Positions 48,387 to 58,164 of a stretch of DNA of 64,000 nucleotides are shown here, one piece after another (position 1 is the first letter of the stretch; every line of letters begins with the position of its first letter). The stretch covers positions 96,001 through 160,000 of the forward strand of contig JBMFRB010000007.1 in the NCBI GenBank assembly GCA_049968255.1, written 5' to 3'. The DNA comes from Candidatus Sumerlaeaceae bacterium (GTDB taxonomy: Bacteria > Sumerlaeota > Sumerlaeia > Sumerlaeales > Sumerlaeaceae). A program made the translations under genes and the position numbers. The notes beneath the pieces are model-generated. The model was given only the letters and a program-made list of their open reading frames with translations. It was not told the DNA's origin and did no database searches.

Positions 48387-49375
48387 TCAGAGTTTTCGGC
48401 CGATCATGATGGAATTGGGATACGGAGTGTCCACTTTGCGGATGACGCCAAAGCCGACCTCCTCCATCCACGAGCGAATTTCGCTCTCCGTGTATGTGTC
48501 GCCGTACTGGCGCGCGACAAGCATGTTGAGCGCAAAAATTGTTCCCGCCGGGGGATGAAGCCGCTCTTTATCCATGACGAAGTCCTTGAATGGCGAGTGT
48601 CCCACCTGGACTCAATGCGCGTGCCGCCCGCGCAATGAGTTCGGAGTTTTCCTGTGCCGAAAACATGTGGACGATCGCTGAGAGCCAGATGAGATCAGCG
48701 GGGCCAGGAAATTCATCGTTTCGCATATCGCCAGCAACAAGCTGGACGCGTTGCCCGCCGGCGTGCTTTGCAAGAAATTGCGGCGCGATTTCTATGACCT
48801 GCGGCAAATCGAAGAGAATGACTTGTGCGTTAGGGAAACGTGCGGAAAAGGCAGCAGCATAAGCGCCGGAGTCCCCACCAACGTCGATGATTTTTCGTGG
48901 GGACTCAATGCCAAGTAAACCGGCAATCTCAGGGCTTCGGGAGCAGCGTTTGCATGCATGGCGCTGATAAATTTCTCGAAGTATTGTCGATTTCGCTGAG
49001 GCATGGGCGGTTCCGCGATTGCACCGCCCTTGCGAACCGCGGCCGTAAGTGTGCTCCACGTTTCCCACATTTGCCCAACGTGTTCAAGACCGGCCAGATA
49101 CCCGTGACTTTCAGGAAGCATGGCTCGCCGTGCAACGTCGGTGAGCAAGTATTTCCTGCCAAATTTACGGAGTAGCCGAATAGTGACGAATGCACAGAGC
49201 AGGCGATGGAGTCCGCGAGGATCGCAGCCGAGCTGTGGGGCAAGCGTGTCGGCCGACTGCGGTGCGGCGTGCAACGCCGAGAAGACGCGCTGTTCATGGG
49301 CCGTCAAATGATGCGTGCGGGCATAAAACCTCGCGCGATTTCGTAAATGCGGGTAGGTGTAAGTTCTTGCTCCAT
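48387..49375 (-). pseudogene. SAM-dependent O-methyltransferase (dimerisation + methyltransf_2), broken by three frameshifts
   Basis: The protein reads MEQELTPTRIYEIARGFMPARII / LTAHE...MHANAAPEA / EIAGLLG..DVGGDSG..FDLP..AGD..GGTLAIQ / DFVM..ALNMLV..GDTYT, changing frame at about 49306, 48933 and 48586. Confidence 0.85.
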
Positions 49376-49596
49376 TGCTGAGGGCTCGCAGCATTGTTTG
49401 TGTTTGTGTCTATGTTGGGCCGACCGTAAGTGTGCCCCTCGGTGAAATGACACTGCAAGAACTCTTACGACCTTACTTGCTTAGCAAGACTAAGGATGCC
49501 AGCAACAGCGTGCAATAGATTGCTATCACCCAAGGTGGAGGCTGTCAGCCAAGAAGCATGCCGACGGGATGCATGAGACACATACCTTGTGGCTGT

Positions 49597-51306
49597 ATGA
49601 GCAAGAAAACGTTTGCGCACGCTTGTGTGCTCGCTGCGATCGGCACCGGTGTAGTGATCCAATTAGTCGCAGCCCTCCACGGTAAAATCAATCTCGACGA
49701 GTTTCAATTCATCAGCAATGGCTGGAATGTTTTCCGCGGACTTGAGCCTTATCATGACTTCTGGGACAACCACGGGCCGGCAGCCAATTATCTTTTCGCC
49801 CTGCCGTTTTATTTTTGGCCGGCGGTGCACGAGATCGTTATCTGCTTTCGTCTCTGGATTTTTGCCACAGTACTGCTGACGAGCGCCGGCACGGCGTGGC
49901 TCGCGCGACTGGCCTTCCCCAGCATCCGATTGAGTGGCCGTATGGCTGTGGCTTTGCTTCTCGCTGCGCCCATGTTCATTGCCAAATCTCGCGAGGTGCG
50001 CGGCGACGTTTTCGTCACTCTGCTGTGGGTATGGAGCATAGCGCTGGAGTTTTATGGCTTACGAACCAACCGCAGGTGGGCGTTTTTTAGCGCAGGGGTT
50101 ATTTGTGGCGCAGCGTTGTGGTTCACACCCAAAGGGCTTTTCCTCGTCGCAGGTGGTAGCCTTCTTTTGGTTGCCGAGAGCATAAGTCGACACAAGGCTC
50201 GGTGGGAGGCCATGGTCGGGTATGCCACAGGGGTAGCCCTGTCAGCCGTTGCGTTGTGGTTGTGGCTGCGTGGTAGGGGCATGTGGGATGAGTTTCACAA
50301 GCTCGTGCTGGTGGAGTCCGTCGAGCGAAAACACACGCTGTCGCTCTCTCCTCTGCTGGGTGCAGTGAGGGAACACCCCTTTTGGATGGGGCTAACGTTC
50401 GGGATTATCCTGAAAGCAATCAGCGCGTCCGTGCGGCGCAAATCTTGTGTTGCTGGCATAGCATGGTTATGGCCAGTTATTGCGCTATTGCTAGTTTATT
50501 ATTTTGTTATGCTCCCAAGCCGCCATAGGCAATCGCTTTTGCCACTTCATCCACTGGTCGCTGTGGCGGGAGTTGGCTTCTTGCGAGATTGCTTGCGCTA
50601 TCTCAGTGGGCGAACACGGCGAGGATTACCCGATCGCCATGTTCTCTTGGCTGTATTCTTTCTTGCTTTGATCTTTGCGACGGTTGCTTCTGCGAGCAAG
50701 AATCCTGACGTGCGTGGCTATTTGCCGCAACAACTCGCAACCGCCAATCGCTGGTCCCTTGCAGTGCCCCCCGGCGAGCAAGTCTTACGCGGCGAGGGGC
50801 CACCCCTCTTTCGGCCCAGCCCTCTTCATGCATACGTGTTAGTTAACTTTCTTCGAGACAAATATGCGCACGGCCTTGCTCCATACGACATCGTGGAAAC
50901 TCTCAGGACACATTCGCTGCGCTTTGTAGCCGTAGATTCACGGATACGAAACCTCCCTTTGCGGGATCTGGATTTCCTCAGGCGGAACTACATTGCAGTT
51001 GCAGGCACACAGGCGGGACGCAAACGCGTCATATTGGCCGCAGGAAAGGTTCTTCGTGCTGCAAACGGCAGGACAACTTTCTCGATAGCGATTGCGCGCC
51101 CCTATTGGATTGCTCAAGAGAGGCCGTGCGCCGCACAGGTGCGCATAGATGGTTTGGATGTGAGAGACGGTGGTTTCTTGGAGCAAGGCACCCATCGAAT
51201 CGAGGCCAGCGATGGCCCGACCACCGTTGTTTTGAGCAGCGTTCCGCCTAAGCATATCGATTGGCACGCTATCCAGTGTGGCTTGCCCGTAGCGTTAGAA
51301 GAATGA
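49597..51306 (+). CDS. ArnT/PMT-like (GT-C) membrane glycosyltransferase
   Basis: TM followed by DE (LDEFQF), PYHDFWDNHGP, EVRGD, FTPK and many TM helices. Confidence 0.6.
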   Translation: MSKKTFAHACVLAAIGTGVVIQLVAALHGKINLDEFQFISNGWNVFRGLEPYHDFWDNHGPAANYLFALPFYFWPAVHEIVICFRLWIFATVLLTSAGTAWLARLAFPSIRLSGRMAVALLLAAPMFIAKSREVRGDVFVTLLWVWSIALEFYGLRTNRRWAFFSAGVICGAALWFTPKGLFLVAGGSLLLVAESISRHKARWEAMVGYATGVALSAVALWLWLRGRGMWDEFHKLVLVESVERKHTLSLSPLLGAVREHPFWMGLTFGIILKAISASVRRKSCVAGIAWLWPVIALLLVYYFVMLPSRHRQSLLPLHPLVAVAGVGFLRDCLRYLSGRTRRGLPDRHVLLAVFFLALIFATVASASKNPDVRGYLPQQLATANRWSLAVPPGEQVLRGEGPPLFRPSPLHAYVLVNFLRDKYAHGLAPYDIVETLRTHSLRFVAVDSRIRNLPLRDLDFLRRNYIAVAGTQAGRKRVILAAGKVLRAANGRTTFSIAIARPYWIAQERPCAAQVRIDGLDVRDGGFLEQGTHRIEASDGPTTVVLSSVPPKHIDWHAIQCGLPVALEE

Positions 51307-51346
51307 ATCCGTCGCGTAGATGTGAGACGAAACCAGGGCGAAGGCC

Positions 51347-51739
51347 ATGCCGATTGATCGTTCGACAGCTCGCAAAAACCTGCTCACTTTGCTGCAGCAT
51401 CAACTTGCGAAACAGGAATTTGGTGCGCTGCGGCTAGCTCTGTGGTACGATATCGAAGAGCAAGCAAGTGATCTTTTCCTCTTCGAAGTCTTTGAGGCCT
51501 TCCGAACGCCCTACGGCAATGAGACGGCAACTTTTCGCTTTCCAGGTATGGGGTTTTTGTGGCTGCCGGGACTCTACCACGTGACGGTCTGTTCTTTAGC
51601 CTTTTTTCAGCAGGCAGCGCAGCTCAATGACGATGACCTTCTAAAATTCCGTACCCAACTTGCAGCGGGAAACGCTGAAATTTTGATCCCTTCGCTGCCA
51701 ACTCAGGACGACGATATAACGAAGTTTCTCATCGCCTAG
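51347..51739 (+). CDS. Hypothetical protein, 130 aa
   Basis: ATG ORF with globular composition that fills the gap before pdp. No motif recognised. Confidence 0.6.
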   Translation: MPIDRSTARKNLLTLLQHQLAKQEFGALRLALWYDIEEQASDLFLFEVFEAFRTPYGNETATFRFPGMGFLWLPGLYHVTVCSLAFFQQAAQLNDDDLLKFRTQLAAGNAEILIPSLPTQDDDITKFLIA

Positions 51740-51833
51740 CAGAGGCAAGATCGGTATACGTTTCCGACTTGCTAGCGTCTGCGTGCGATAGTAAGGTTTT
51801 GTTTTTCCAATTTGCATAGAGGATAAGCTGGCC

Positions 51834-53141
51834 ATGCGGGCTGTGGATATTATTATCAAGAAGCGGGATGGCGGCGAGCTTAGCCGCGAGGAAATTGCCT
51901 TTTTCATCGAGAATTACCTGCGCGACGAAATTCCCGAATATCAGACATCGGCGCTGCTGATGGCTGTCTATTTTCAGGGGATGAGTTTCGAGGAGACAGC
52001 TGAACTCACGCGCCAGATGATTCTGTCGGGGGAGACTTACGACCTGAGTTCGCTGAGCATAGGTGTGCCTGTGGATAAACACAGCACGGGTGGGGTGGGT
52101 GACAAGATTTCGCTGCCCTTGGCGCCGCTGGCTGCTGCGTGCGGAGTAGCAGTGCCGATGGTAAGCGGACGTGGCCTTGGTCACACCGGTGGCACACTTG
52201 ACAAGCTTGAGTCTATTCCGGGGTTCAACGTCAGGCTTACCCGCGAGCAATTCATGCGGCAGCTTGAAAAGATTGGTGTGGTGATGGCGGGACAAACCAA
52301 CACATTTGTCCCCGCGGACAAACGCCTTTACGCCCTGCGTGACGTTACGGGAACAGTGGAATCCATTCCCCTCATCTGCGCCTCGATTATGTCGAAGAAG
52401 GTGGCTTCGGGCGCTCGCGCACTTGTCATGGATGTAAAGACCGGCAGCGGGGCATTCATGCGAACGCTCGAAAAATCACGCGCTTTGGCGCAGGGGCTCA
52501 TCGGCGTGGGGCAAGCGCTGGGCCGACCAGTGCATGCTCTCATTACTGACATGAATCAGCCGCTGGGCAGAAAAATTGGCAACGCGCTTGAGGTTATTGA
52601 GTCGCTGGCGTGTTTGCGAGGGGACGGCCCGCCCGATGTGCGCGAGCTGACACTGCGACTCACAGTCGAAATGCTCTTGCTGGCTGGACGAGAAGTGGAG
52701 CGCGAATCGGCCTATCAGCGGTGCGTGGCCATGCTCGACAGCGGAAAGGCGCTGGAAAAGTTTACCGAGCTCGTAAAGGCACAAGGCGGTGATCCACGCG
52801 TGGTGGAAAATCCCGCTTTGCTTGACTTGGCGCCGGATGAGACTTACTTTGTGGCGCCGCGGTCTGGTTTTGTCGCCGCGATTAACTGCCGCGAGATCGG
52901 CAATGCTGCGGCTGTGCTTGGCGCAGGACGAGCGAGAACAACCGACACGATTGATCACGGTGTGGGATTGGAAATGCTCGCCAAATTGGGCAACCCTGTG
53001 ACTCCTGGCGAACCTCTGATCAGGGTTGTGCATCGCAAAGGGCGGGGTCTTGAAGAATGCATGAAGCGGCTTGAAGCTGCCCTGACAATCGCGGATGAGC
53101 CTCCAACAGTGCCGCCGCTCATTTACGAAACGCTGGAATAA
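51834..53141 (+). CDS. pdp: Pyrimidine-nucleoside / thymidine phosphorylase
   Basis: IIIKKRDG, DKHSTGGVGDK, SGRGLGHTGGTLDKLESIPG, YALRDVT and SIMSKK. Confidence 0.95.
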   Translation: MRAVDIIIKKRDGGELSREEIAFFIENYLRDEIPEYQTSALLMAVYFQGMSFEETAELTRQMILSGETYDLSSLSIGVPVDKHSTGGVGDKISLPLAPLAAACGVAVPMVSGRGLGHTGGTLDKLESIPGFNVRLTREQFMRQLEKIGVVMAGQTNTFVPADKRLYALRDVTGTVESIPLICASIMSKKVASGARALVMDVKTGSGAFMRTLEKSRALAQGLIGVGQALGRPVHALITDMNQPLGRKIGNALEVIESLACLRGDGPPDVRELTLRLTVEMLLLAGREVERESAYQRCVAMLDSGKALEKFTELVKAQGGDPRVVENPALLDLAPDETYFVAPRSGFVAAINCREIGNAAAVLGAGRARTTDTIDHGVGLEMLAKLGNPVTPGEPLIRVVHRKGRGLEECMKRLEAALTIADEPPTVPPLIYETLE

Positions 53142-53209
53142 GCTCTGTGGAACGCTGAAGCCAGGCGCATGGGGTACGGGTCTCTGTGCCGCAATCGTCG
53201 GACGTGTTG

Positions 53210-53701
53210 CTAGGGGCGTTGCGCATGGAGAACGTAAAGGGCGGCTCGAAGTCCTAACAAATAGCTTGCTGCCCCAAAGCCTGAAATTTGGCCTGAGCAA
53301 ACAGGTGCGGTGAGGCTCGTGTGACGAAAGGTTTCGGGCCGCGCATAGACGTTCGACAGATGCACTTCGACGACCGGTAGCGGCGCAACGGCAGCGATGG
53401 CGTCTCGAAGGGCAACACTCGTGTGGGTGTAAGCGGCAGGATTCAAGACTATTGCATCGTACTTGCCGCGGGCTTGGTGAATCGCCTCAATGAGAGCTCC
53501 CTCAAAATTGCTCTGAAAGAAATCCACTTCGACACCGAGCTCACAAGCTTCACGTCGAACGAGGTGCTCTATGTCGGCGAGGGTTTGCTTGCCATACACT
53601 CCTACTTCGCGAAGCCCTAATAGGTTTAGGTTTGGGCCGTTGAGCACTAAAATGCGACGTTGTCTTATGTTTTTTACTTTTGCTGAGCGTTTGCGTTCCA
53701 C
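53210..53701 (-). CDS. aroQ: Type II 3-dehydroquinate dehydratase
   Basis: [34 protein letters not shown] and EVHLSN. Confidence 0.96.
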   Translation of the reverse strand: MERKRSAKVKNIRQRRILVLNGPNLNLLGLREVGVYGKQTLADIEHLVRREACELGVEVDFFQSNFEGALIEAIHQARGKYDAIVLNPAAYTHTSVALRDAIAAVAPLPVVEVHLSNVYARPETFRHTSLTAPVCSGQISGFGAASYLLGLRAALYVLHAQRP

Positions 53702-53861
53702 GTTTCTGAACTCTCCTTCATCGGTGTCTAGGGAGTGCCAAAAAGCTGAAGCGACTTCAACGTGAAAGCTTTATTGGCAAGAGTAAGAGGCGACGAGTGT
53801 TGACAAGTCGGAAGCCCGTTTTTCGTTGCGACGCGGGAGCTTAAACAACTTCCGCCTTGAT

Positions 53862-55049
53862 TCATGGCTCATATACCACGCCGAGGACCACAGGCCGCGA
53901 GGCGCCTGTGGCACTGGGAACGTTCGCAGGAATTCTGTGAAGCCGTGCAAATCCCAGGACCGCAAACGCGACGCATTCACGGGCTTTCGAGGGTACGCCG
54001 AGCTCGTCTACATCGGCCAGGACCGGTGCTGACGCGCCAAAGGCACTCTCAAGTTCCTCGGCAATGTGGTCCCGAAGCGTCGCATTTTTCGCTCCACCGC
54101 CAGCAAGGTAGATTTTGTGAACTGCATGCTTTGGCACGACAAACTTTTGAAGATTTACCAAAAACGAACGCGCGGTGAAGCGCGTGGCTGTGGCGACGAA
54201 ATCTTCAGGCCGTGAGCGTGAGTAATGCCGCAGAGCCTGCTCAACCAAAGGCGGACCGAACATCTCGCGACCGGTAGATTTTGGCGGGAGCTGGTCGATG
54301 AAAGGAAGCGCCATCCACGCCTCGAGCAGGGGCCGAATGACCCGACCGCGCGCGGCAATTTGCCCTTCGGCATCGTAGCGCATCGGCGGAAAAAGGCAGC
54401 TAACGAAGAGATCGATCAGCACGTTTCCCGGCCCGGTATCGAACGCTAAGATATCAGCAAGTGTGCCGCCTGCGGGAAGCACTGTGCTGTTGGCGATTCC
54501 GCCGATGTTGTGAATGACGAGGGTTTCCTCTTCGCGCGCAAAAAGGTGGAAATCCGCGAAAGGGACTAACGGCGCACCTTGACCACCCATCACCATGTCG
54601 GCGGCGCGAAAGTTTGCAATAGTAGGGACGCCAAGGCGCAGCGCGATGGTAGCCGGTTCACCAAGCTGAAGCGTTGAGGCCATAGTTGAGCCGCGCGTTG
54701 CCTCTTGCGGCGGAATATGGTAAATGGTCTGCCCATGAGAGGCGACAGCTGCAAGCTTCTTGGCCGAAACATCGGCTTTGCGCAAAAGAGCTTCCGCTGC
54801 GTCAGCAAACGCATGGCCGATTTCGAAATTCAGGCTGCAGGCCAAACGCAACGATCCAGCACTGTCACGAAAGAGAGCGAAAATTTTTTCTCGCAATGGC
54901 GTGGCTATGGGGTGCTCGAGAAACGCGAGAAGTTTCGCCACTATGCGATTGCGGTGGCCAAAGCAAACCTCGCACAGCGCGGCATCGATGGAATCCACAC
55001 TTGTGCCCGACATAAGCGATATTATAAGCTGTGCGTCGTTCTTGACCAC
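53862..55049 (-). CDS. anmK: Anhydro-N-acetylmuramic acid kinase
   Basis: MSGTSVD, SHGQT, GGQGAPLVP, NIGGIAN, FDTGPGN and PKSTGRE. Confidence 0.95.
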   Translation of the reverse strand: MVKNDAQLIISLMSGTSVDSIDAALCEVCFGHRNRIVAKLLAFLEHPIATPLREKIFALFRDSAGSLRLACSLNFEIGHAFADAAEALLRKADVSAKKLAAVASHGQTIYHIPPQEATRGSTMASTLQLGEPATIALRLGVPTIANFRAADMVMGGQGAPLVPFADFHLFAREEETLVIHNIGGIANSTVLPAGGTLADILAFDTGPGNVLIDLFVSCLFPPMRYDAEGQIAARGRVIRPLLEAWMALPFIDQLPPKSTGREMFGPPLVEQALRHYSRSRPEDFVATATRFTARSFLVNLQKFVVPKHAVHKIYLAGGGAKNATLRDHIAEELESAFGASAPVLADVDELGVPSKARECVAFAVLGFARLHRIPANVPSATGASRPVVLGVVYEP

Positions 55050-55094
55050 GTTTTTTGGTGCCAGCGTGTATGGATAGTACTCAGTTCAGGAACC

Positions 55095-56204
55095 ATGGCA
55101 TGCGGACAAAGCAAGAGCTTGCGAGTGAAAAGTGACAGAGCGCATCCGCTGCGTGTGGCCTATTACATATCGAGTCACGGGTTTGGCCACGCCACACGTG
55201 CAGCGCAAGTGATTTCCGCACTCCCGGCCGATACGCTCGTTTATGTCAAGACGATGGCCGATGAAGAATTCCTCAGGAGGGAAGCTGGGCGCTCGCTCCA
55301 CCTTACGCGTCAGGCTTTCGATTTCGGCGCATGGCAGGCGTCGAACACGAACATTGATTGGCAACGCACTTTCGAAACTGCCATGCAAGTGCACGCCGAC
55401 AGCCATGCGCGTTTGCACGAGGAGGTCGCGTTCCTAAAGAAGGAAAAGATAAACGCGGTGGTGTGTGACATTCCCCCCACGCCGCTTTTGGCAGCACAGG
55501 AAGCTAACATCCCATCGGTTTGCGTGGCAAACTTCACGTGGGTGGAAGTTTTTCGCCGCGCCGCTGCTGGCGACAGGCAGCGCGAAGTGTTCCTGCGCCA
55601 GGTGGCAAAGGAGTACGCCACGGCGACGCTCCTCGTGCGGCCAGGCTTTGCGCTTCGCATGCCGCACTTTCGCCGAAGCTACGACACATCGCCTATTGCG
55701 CGCCGCGGCGTAAACAGACGTCGGGAGCTGCTGCGTGAACTTGATTTGTCGACGCGCACCCGGCTCGTTCTCACATATTTTGGGAAATGGGGATTTGGAG
55801 CACTGGAAATCGAACGGGCAGCAAGGCTGAAGGACGTCGCATTTTTGAGTTTCGATGCGGAGATTCCTCCACTGAAAAAACTTGATCCAAATCGCTGGAA
55901 GTTCGAGGACGTCGTGGCGTCCGTGGACGTGGTGATTGCTAAGCCGGGCTATGGGACACTTGGCGAATGCATGGCAAATGCGACGCCGGTGATCTATTAT
56001 CCGCGGTGCGAATTTTCCGAGTACTTTGCATTGCGCCGAGAACTCGACCGCTGGGGTGGTGCAGTTCGGTTGAGTACTCGCGATTTCCTTGCGTGCCGCT
56101 GGGAACAGGCGATCGAGCAGGCGCTACGCCTGCGGCCACGGGCGGTAAGATGTGATGGAAGCCGCGAAATTGCGGCTTGGATCGTGAAATTGGCGCGTCA
56201 CTAG
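55095..56204 (+). CDS. GT-B glycosyltransferase-like protein (L-arabinokinase N-terminal domain-like)
   Basis: YYISSHGFGHATR, NFTW and AKPGYGTL.EC. Confidence 0.75.
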   Translation: MACGQSKSLRVKSDRAHPLRVAYYISSHGFGHATRAAQVISALPADTLVYVKTMADEEFLRREAGRSLHLTRQAFDFGAWQASNTNIDWQRTFETAMQVHADSHARLHEEVAFLKKEKINAVVCDIPPTPLLAAQEANIPSVCVANFTWVEVFRRAAAGDRQREVFLRQVAKEYATATLLVRPGFALRMPHFRRSYDTSPIARRGVNRRRELLRELDLSTRTRLVLTYFGKWGFGALEIERAARLKDVAFLSFDAEIPPLKKLDPNRWKFEDVVASVDVVIAKPGYGTLGECMANATPVIYYPRCEFSEYFALRRELDRWGGAVRLSTRDFLACRWEQAIEQALRLRPRAVRCDGSREIAAWIVKLARH

Positions 56205-57097
56205 GAATGGATCTCGGCGTCGAGTTCCTGAGAAAGTTCCTTAGCAACCTCCTCACCGATCTGGCGTGCAACCAGGTCCTCACTCTCCACCCAGCGTTTG
56301 AGCTCTTCGAGGAAGTGATGGTGGGTCAAATCGTAGTGGAGTGGCGTGATGGCAATCTTTTTCTCGCGCAGGACTAAGTCGTCCCAATCTTCGCCTTCCT
56401 GCGAGTGAATGAGGCGGTCACCGACATTTCGATAAGCGATGACACCGGCCCGCTCTCCCACCGCCTTGAATTCATCGACGAAGACCGACTGCCCCATTCG
56501 CGCAACAACCACGCCTTTGATTTTGTCCTCGGGAAGCGCTGGGATGTTGACATTAAGCAGGACACCGGGCGGAAGGCCACGCGAAACCACAATTCGGGCG
56601 AGCCGTGCAGTGAATTTTGCTGCAAATGAGTAGTCGGCGGGCACGCGCGCCACATCCTTCAGCGTCCCGACTTGCTGCGAATTTTCAGGCGAATTCGCGG
56701 CTCGAATCGCCAACGAGACTGCTATCGCTTTGAACCCGTTCATGGTCGCTTCAATGGCTGCGGCCACCGTTCCCGAATAGATGATGCTCGTCCCCGTGTT
56801 TTGGCCGCGGTTAATGCCCGAAATGACGATGTCCGGCGGTGAATCCTTCAGAATGACGCTCAGCGCCATTTTCACGCAGTCGGCCGGAGTTCCGTCCACA
56901 GCGTAAGCGTGTCGGCCGTGCTCGCGCGAGTGCTCTCGCAGCGAAATTTCATTGAAGACGGTGATGGCGTGCCCGACAGCACTCCGCTCGGCGGATGGGG
57001 CGACAACCGTGACGTCGGCAAATTTCGAAAATTCTTCGTAAAGCGCCCACAGGCCCGGAGCCTCAATCCCATCGTCATTTGTCAGCAAAACCCGCAT
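56201..57097 (-). CDS. surE: 5'/3'-nucleotidase SurE
   Basis: LLTNDDG, GTPADCV, SGINRGQN, YSGTVAAA, LNVNIP and ITPL. Confidence 0.95.
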   Translation of the reverse strand: MRVLLTNDDGIEAPGLWALYEEFSKFADVTVVAPSAERSAVGHAITVFNEISLREHSREHGRHAYAVDGTPADCVKMALSVILKDSPPDIVISGINRGQNTGTSIIYSGTVAAAIEATMNGFKAIAVSLAIRAANSPENSQQVGTLKDVARVPADYSFAAKFTARLARIVVSRGLPPGVLLNVNIPALPEDKIKGVVVARMGQSVFVDEFKAVGERAGVIAYRNVGDRLIHSQEGEDWDDLVLREKKIAITPLHYDLTHHHFLEELKRWVESEDLVARQIGEEVAKELSQELDAEIHS

Positions 57098-57183
57098 CGT
57101 GCACGTCTCTTGTCGCTGCAATTTGAAATGGCCACTGAAGTACAACCTTCTGGACCGACGTCTTCAGCATTAAGTTTGACCAT

Positions 57184-57495
57184 TCACCGAATAGGAAGAA
57201 GAATCCAATACCGCGTAAGGTAATCGCCTAATGCAAAGGCGAACAGAAGCATGAGTGTAAATACGCTGACAAACACGACAAGCAGGATGAGCTTCTCCGA
57301 ATAGCGCACGTGCATGAAGTAAAGCACCACGAGCGTTGCTTTGAGCGATGCGATTAGAATAGCGATCGGTGTGTTGAGTAAACCGAGATCGATGAACGCT
57401 ACCTGGACCGTCACTGCTGTTAGCACTATAAGGGCCAAGAACACCAAAAAGTAAACTCGGACTGGGACAATGTGGTCGAACATAATGCGGTTCAT
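57184..57495 (-). CDS. ctaF: Cytochrome c oxidase subunit IV (caa3 type)
   Basis: Three TMs; IA..KA.LV.LYFMHVRY motif. Confidence 0.85.
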   Translation of the reverse strand: MNRIMFDHIVPVRVYFLVFLALIVLTAVTVQVAFIDLGLLNTPIAILIASLKATLVVLYFMHVRYSEKLILLVVFVSVFTLMLLFAFALGDYLTRYWILLPIR

Positions 57496-57510
57496 TATCT
57501 CACTCTCCTT

Positions 57511-58164
57511 TCAGTGCCGTCCGAGAAGATAAAGCAGTGGGAAGAGATAAATCCAGATAATATCTACAAAATGCCAATACAGGCCAACGAGCTCTACGGG
57601 GGTGTACCATTGTTTTGAGAACTCGCCTTTGACGACTAACGCCACGAGCCATGCCATGGCCCCTATTCCGAGAAAGACGTGAAGTGCGTGAAGACCAGTC
57701 ATACAAAAATACAGGACAAAAAATAGCTGCACGAGACGCTGGTCCTGCATTCCCTCGTAGTGAAATGCCGGCCCTGGTATATGATGCTCGACGAACTTAT
57801 GATGCCATTCAATGGCTTTTACGCCAAAAAAGGCGCATCCGAGCACCATTGTCAAAAGCAGATAAACAATCAGCCGCCGTTGACGGCCGAGTTGGGCGGA
57901 ATGGACTGCAAGAGCCATTGTGAAGCTACTAAGTATGAGAATTCCCGTGTTCAGTCCTCCAAGGCGGACATCAAGCAAGTGGCTGGCGGCATGAAAGGGC
58001 CCGGGATACAATGTGCGGTAGACCGCATAGGCTGCGAAGAGACCGCCGAAGAACATGACTTCGGTAACTAAGAATAACCACATTCCAAGAACTGCCGATG
58101 ATTTCTGTTGCTCGGCGTCTTGAAAGTGATGAGCTACATGGGGATGTGCGGCTGCGTCAAGCAT
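57511..58164 (-). CDS. ctaE: Cytochrome c oxidase subunit III
   Basis: [30 protein letters not shown] and YWHFVDIIW. Confidence 0.93.
   Translation of the reverse strand: MLDAAAHPHVAHHFQDAEQQKSSAVLGMWLFLVTEVMFFGGLFAAYAVYRTLYPGPFHAASHLLDVRLGGLNTGILILSSFTMALAVHSAQLGRQRRLIVYLLLTMVLGCAFFGVKAIEWHHKFVEHHIPGPAFHYEGMQDQRLVQLFFVLYFCMTGLHALHVFLGIGAMAWLVALVVKGEFSKQWYTPVELVGLYWHFVDIIWIYLFPLLYLLGRH

Noticed and set aside
53710-53745. CIRCE half-site (TTGGCACTC, minus strand) before aroQ
   Set aside because: There is no second arm, and aroQ is not a heat-shock gene.
54705-55094. N-terminal extension of the GT ORF
   Set aside because: It is antisense to anmK, and recognisable family motifs begin after 55095.
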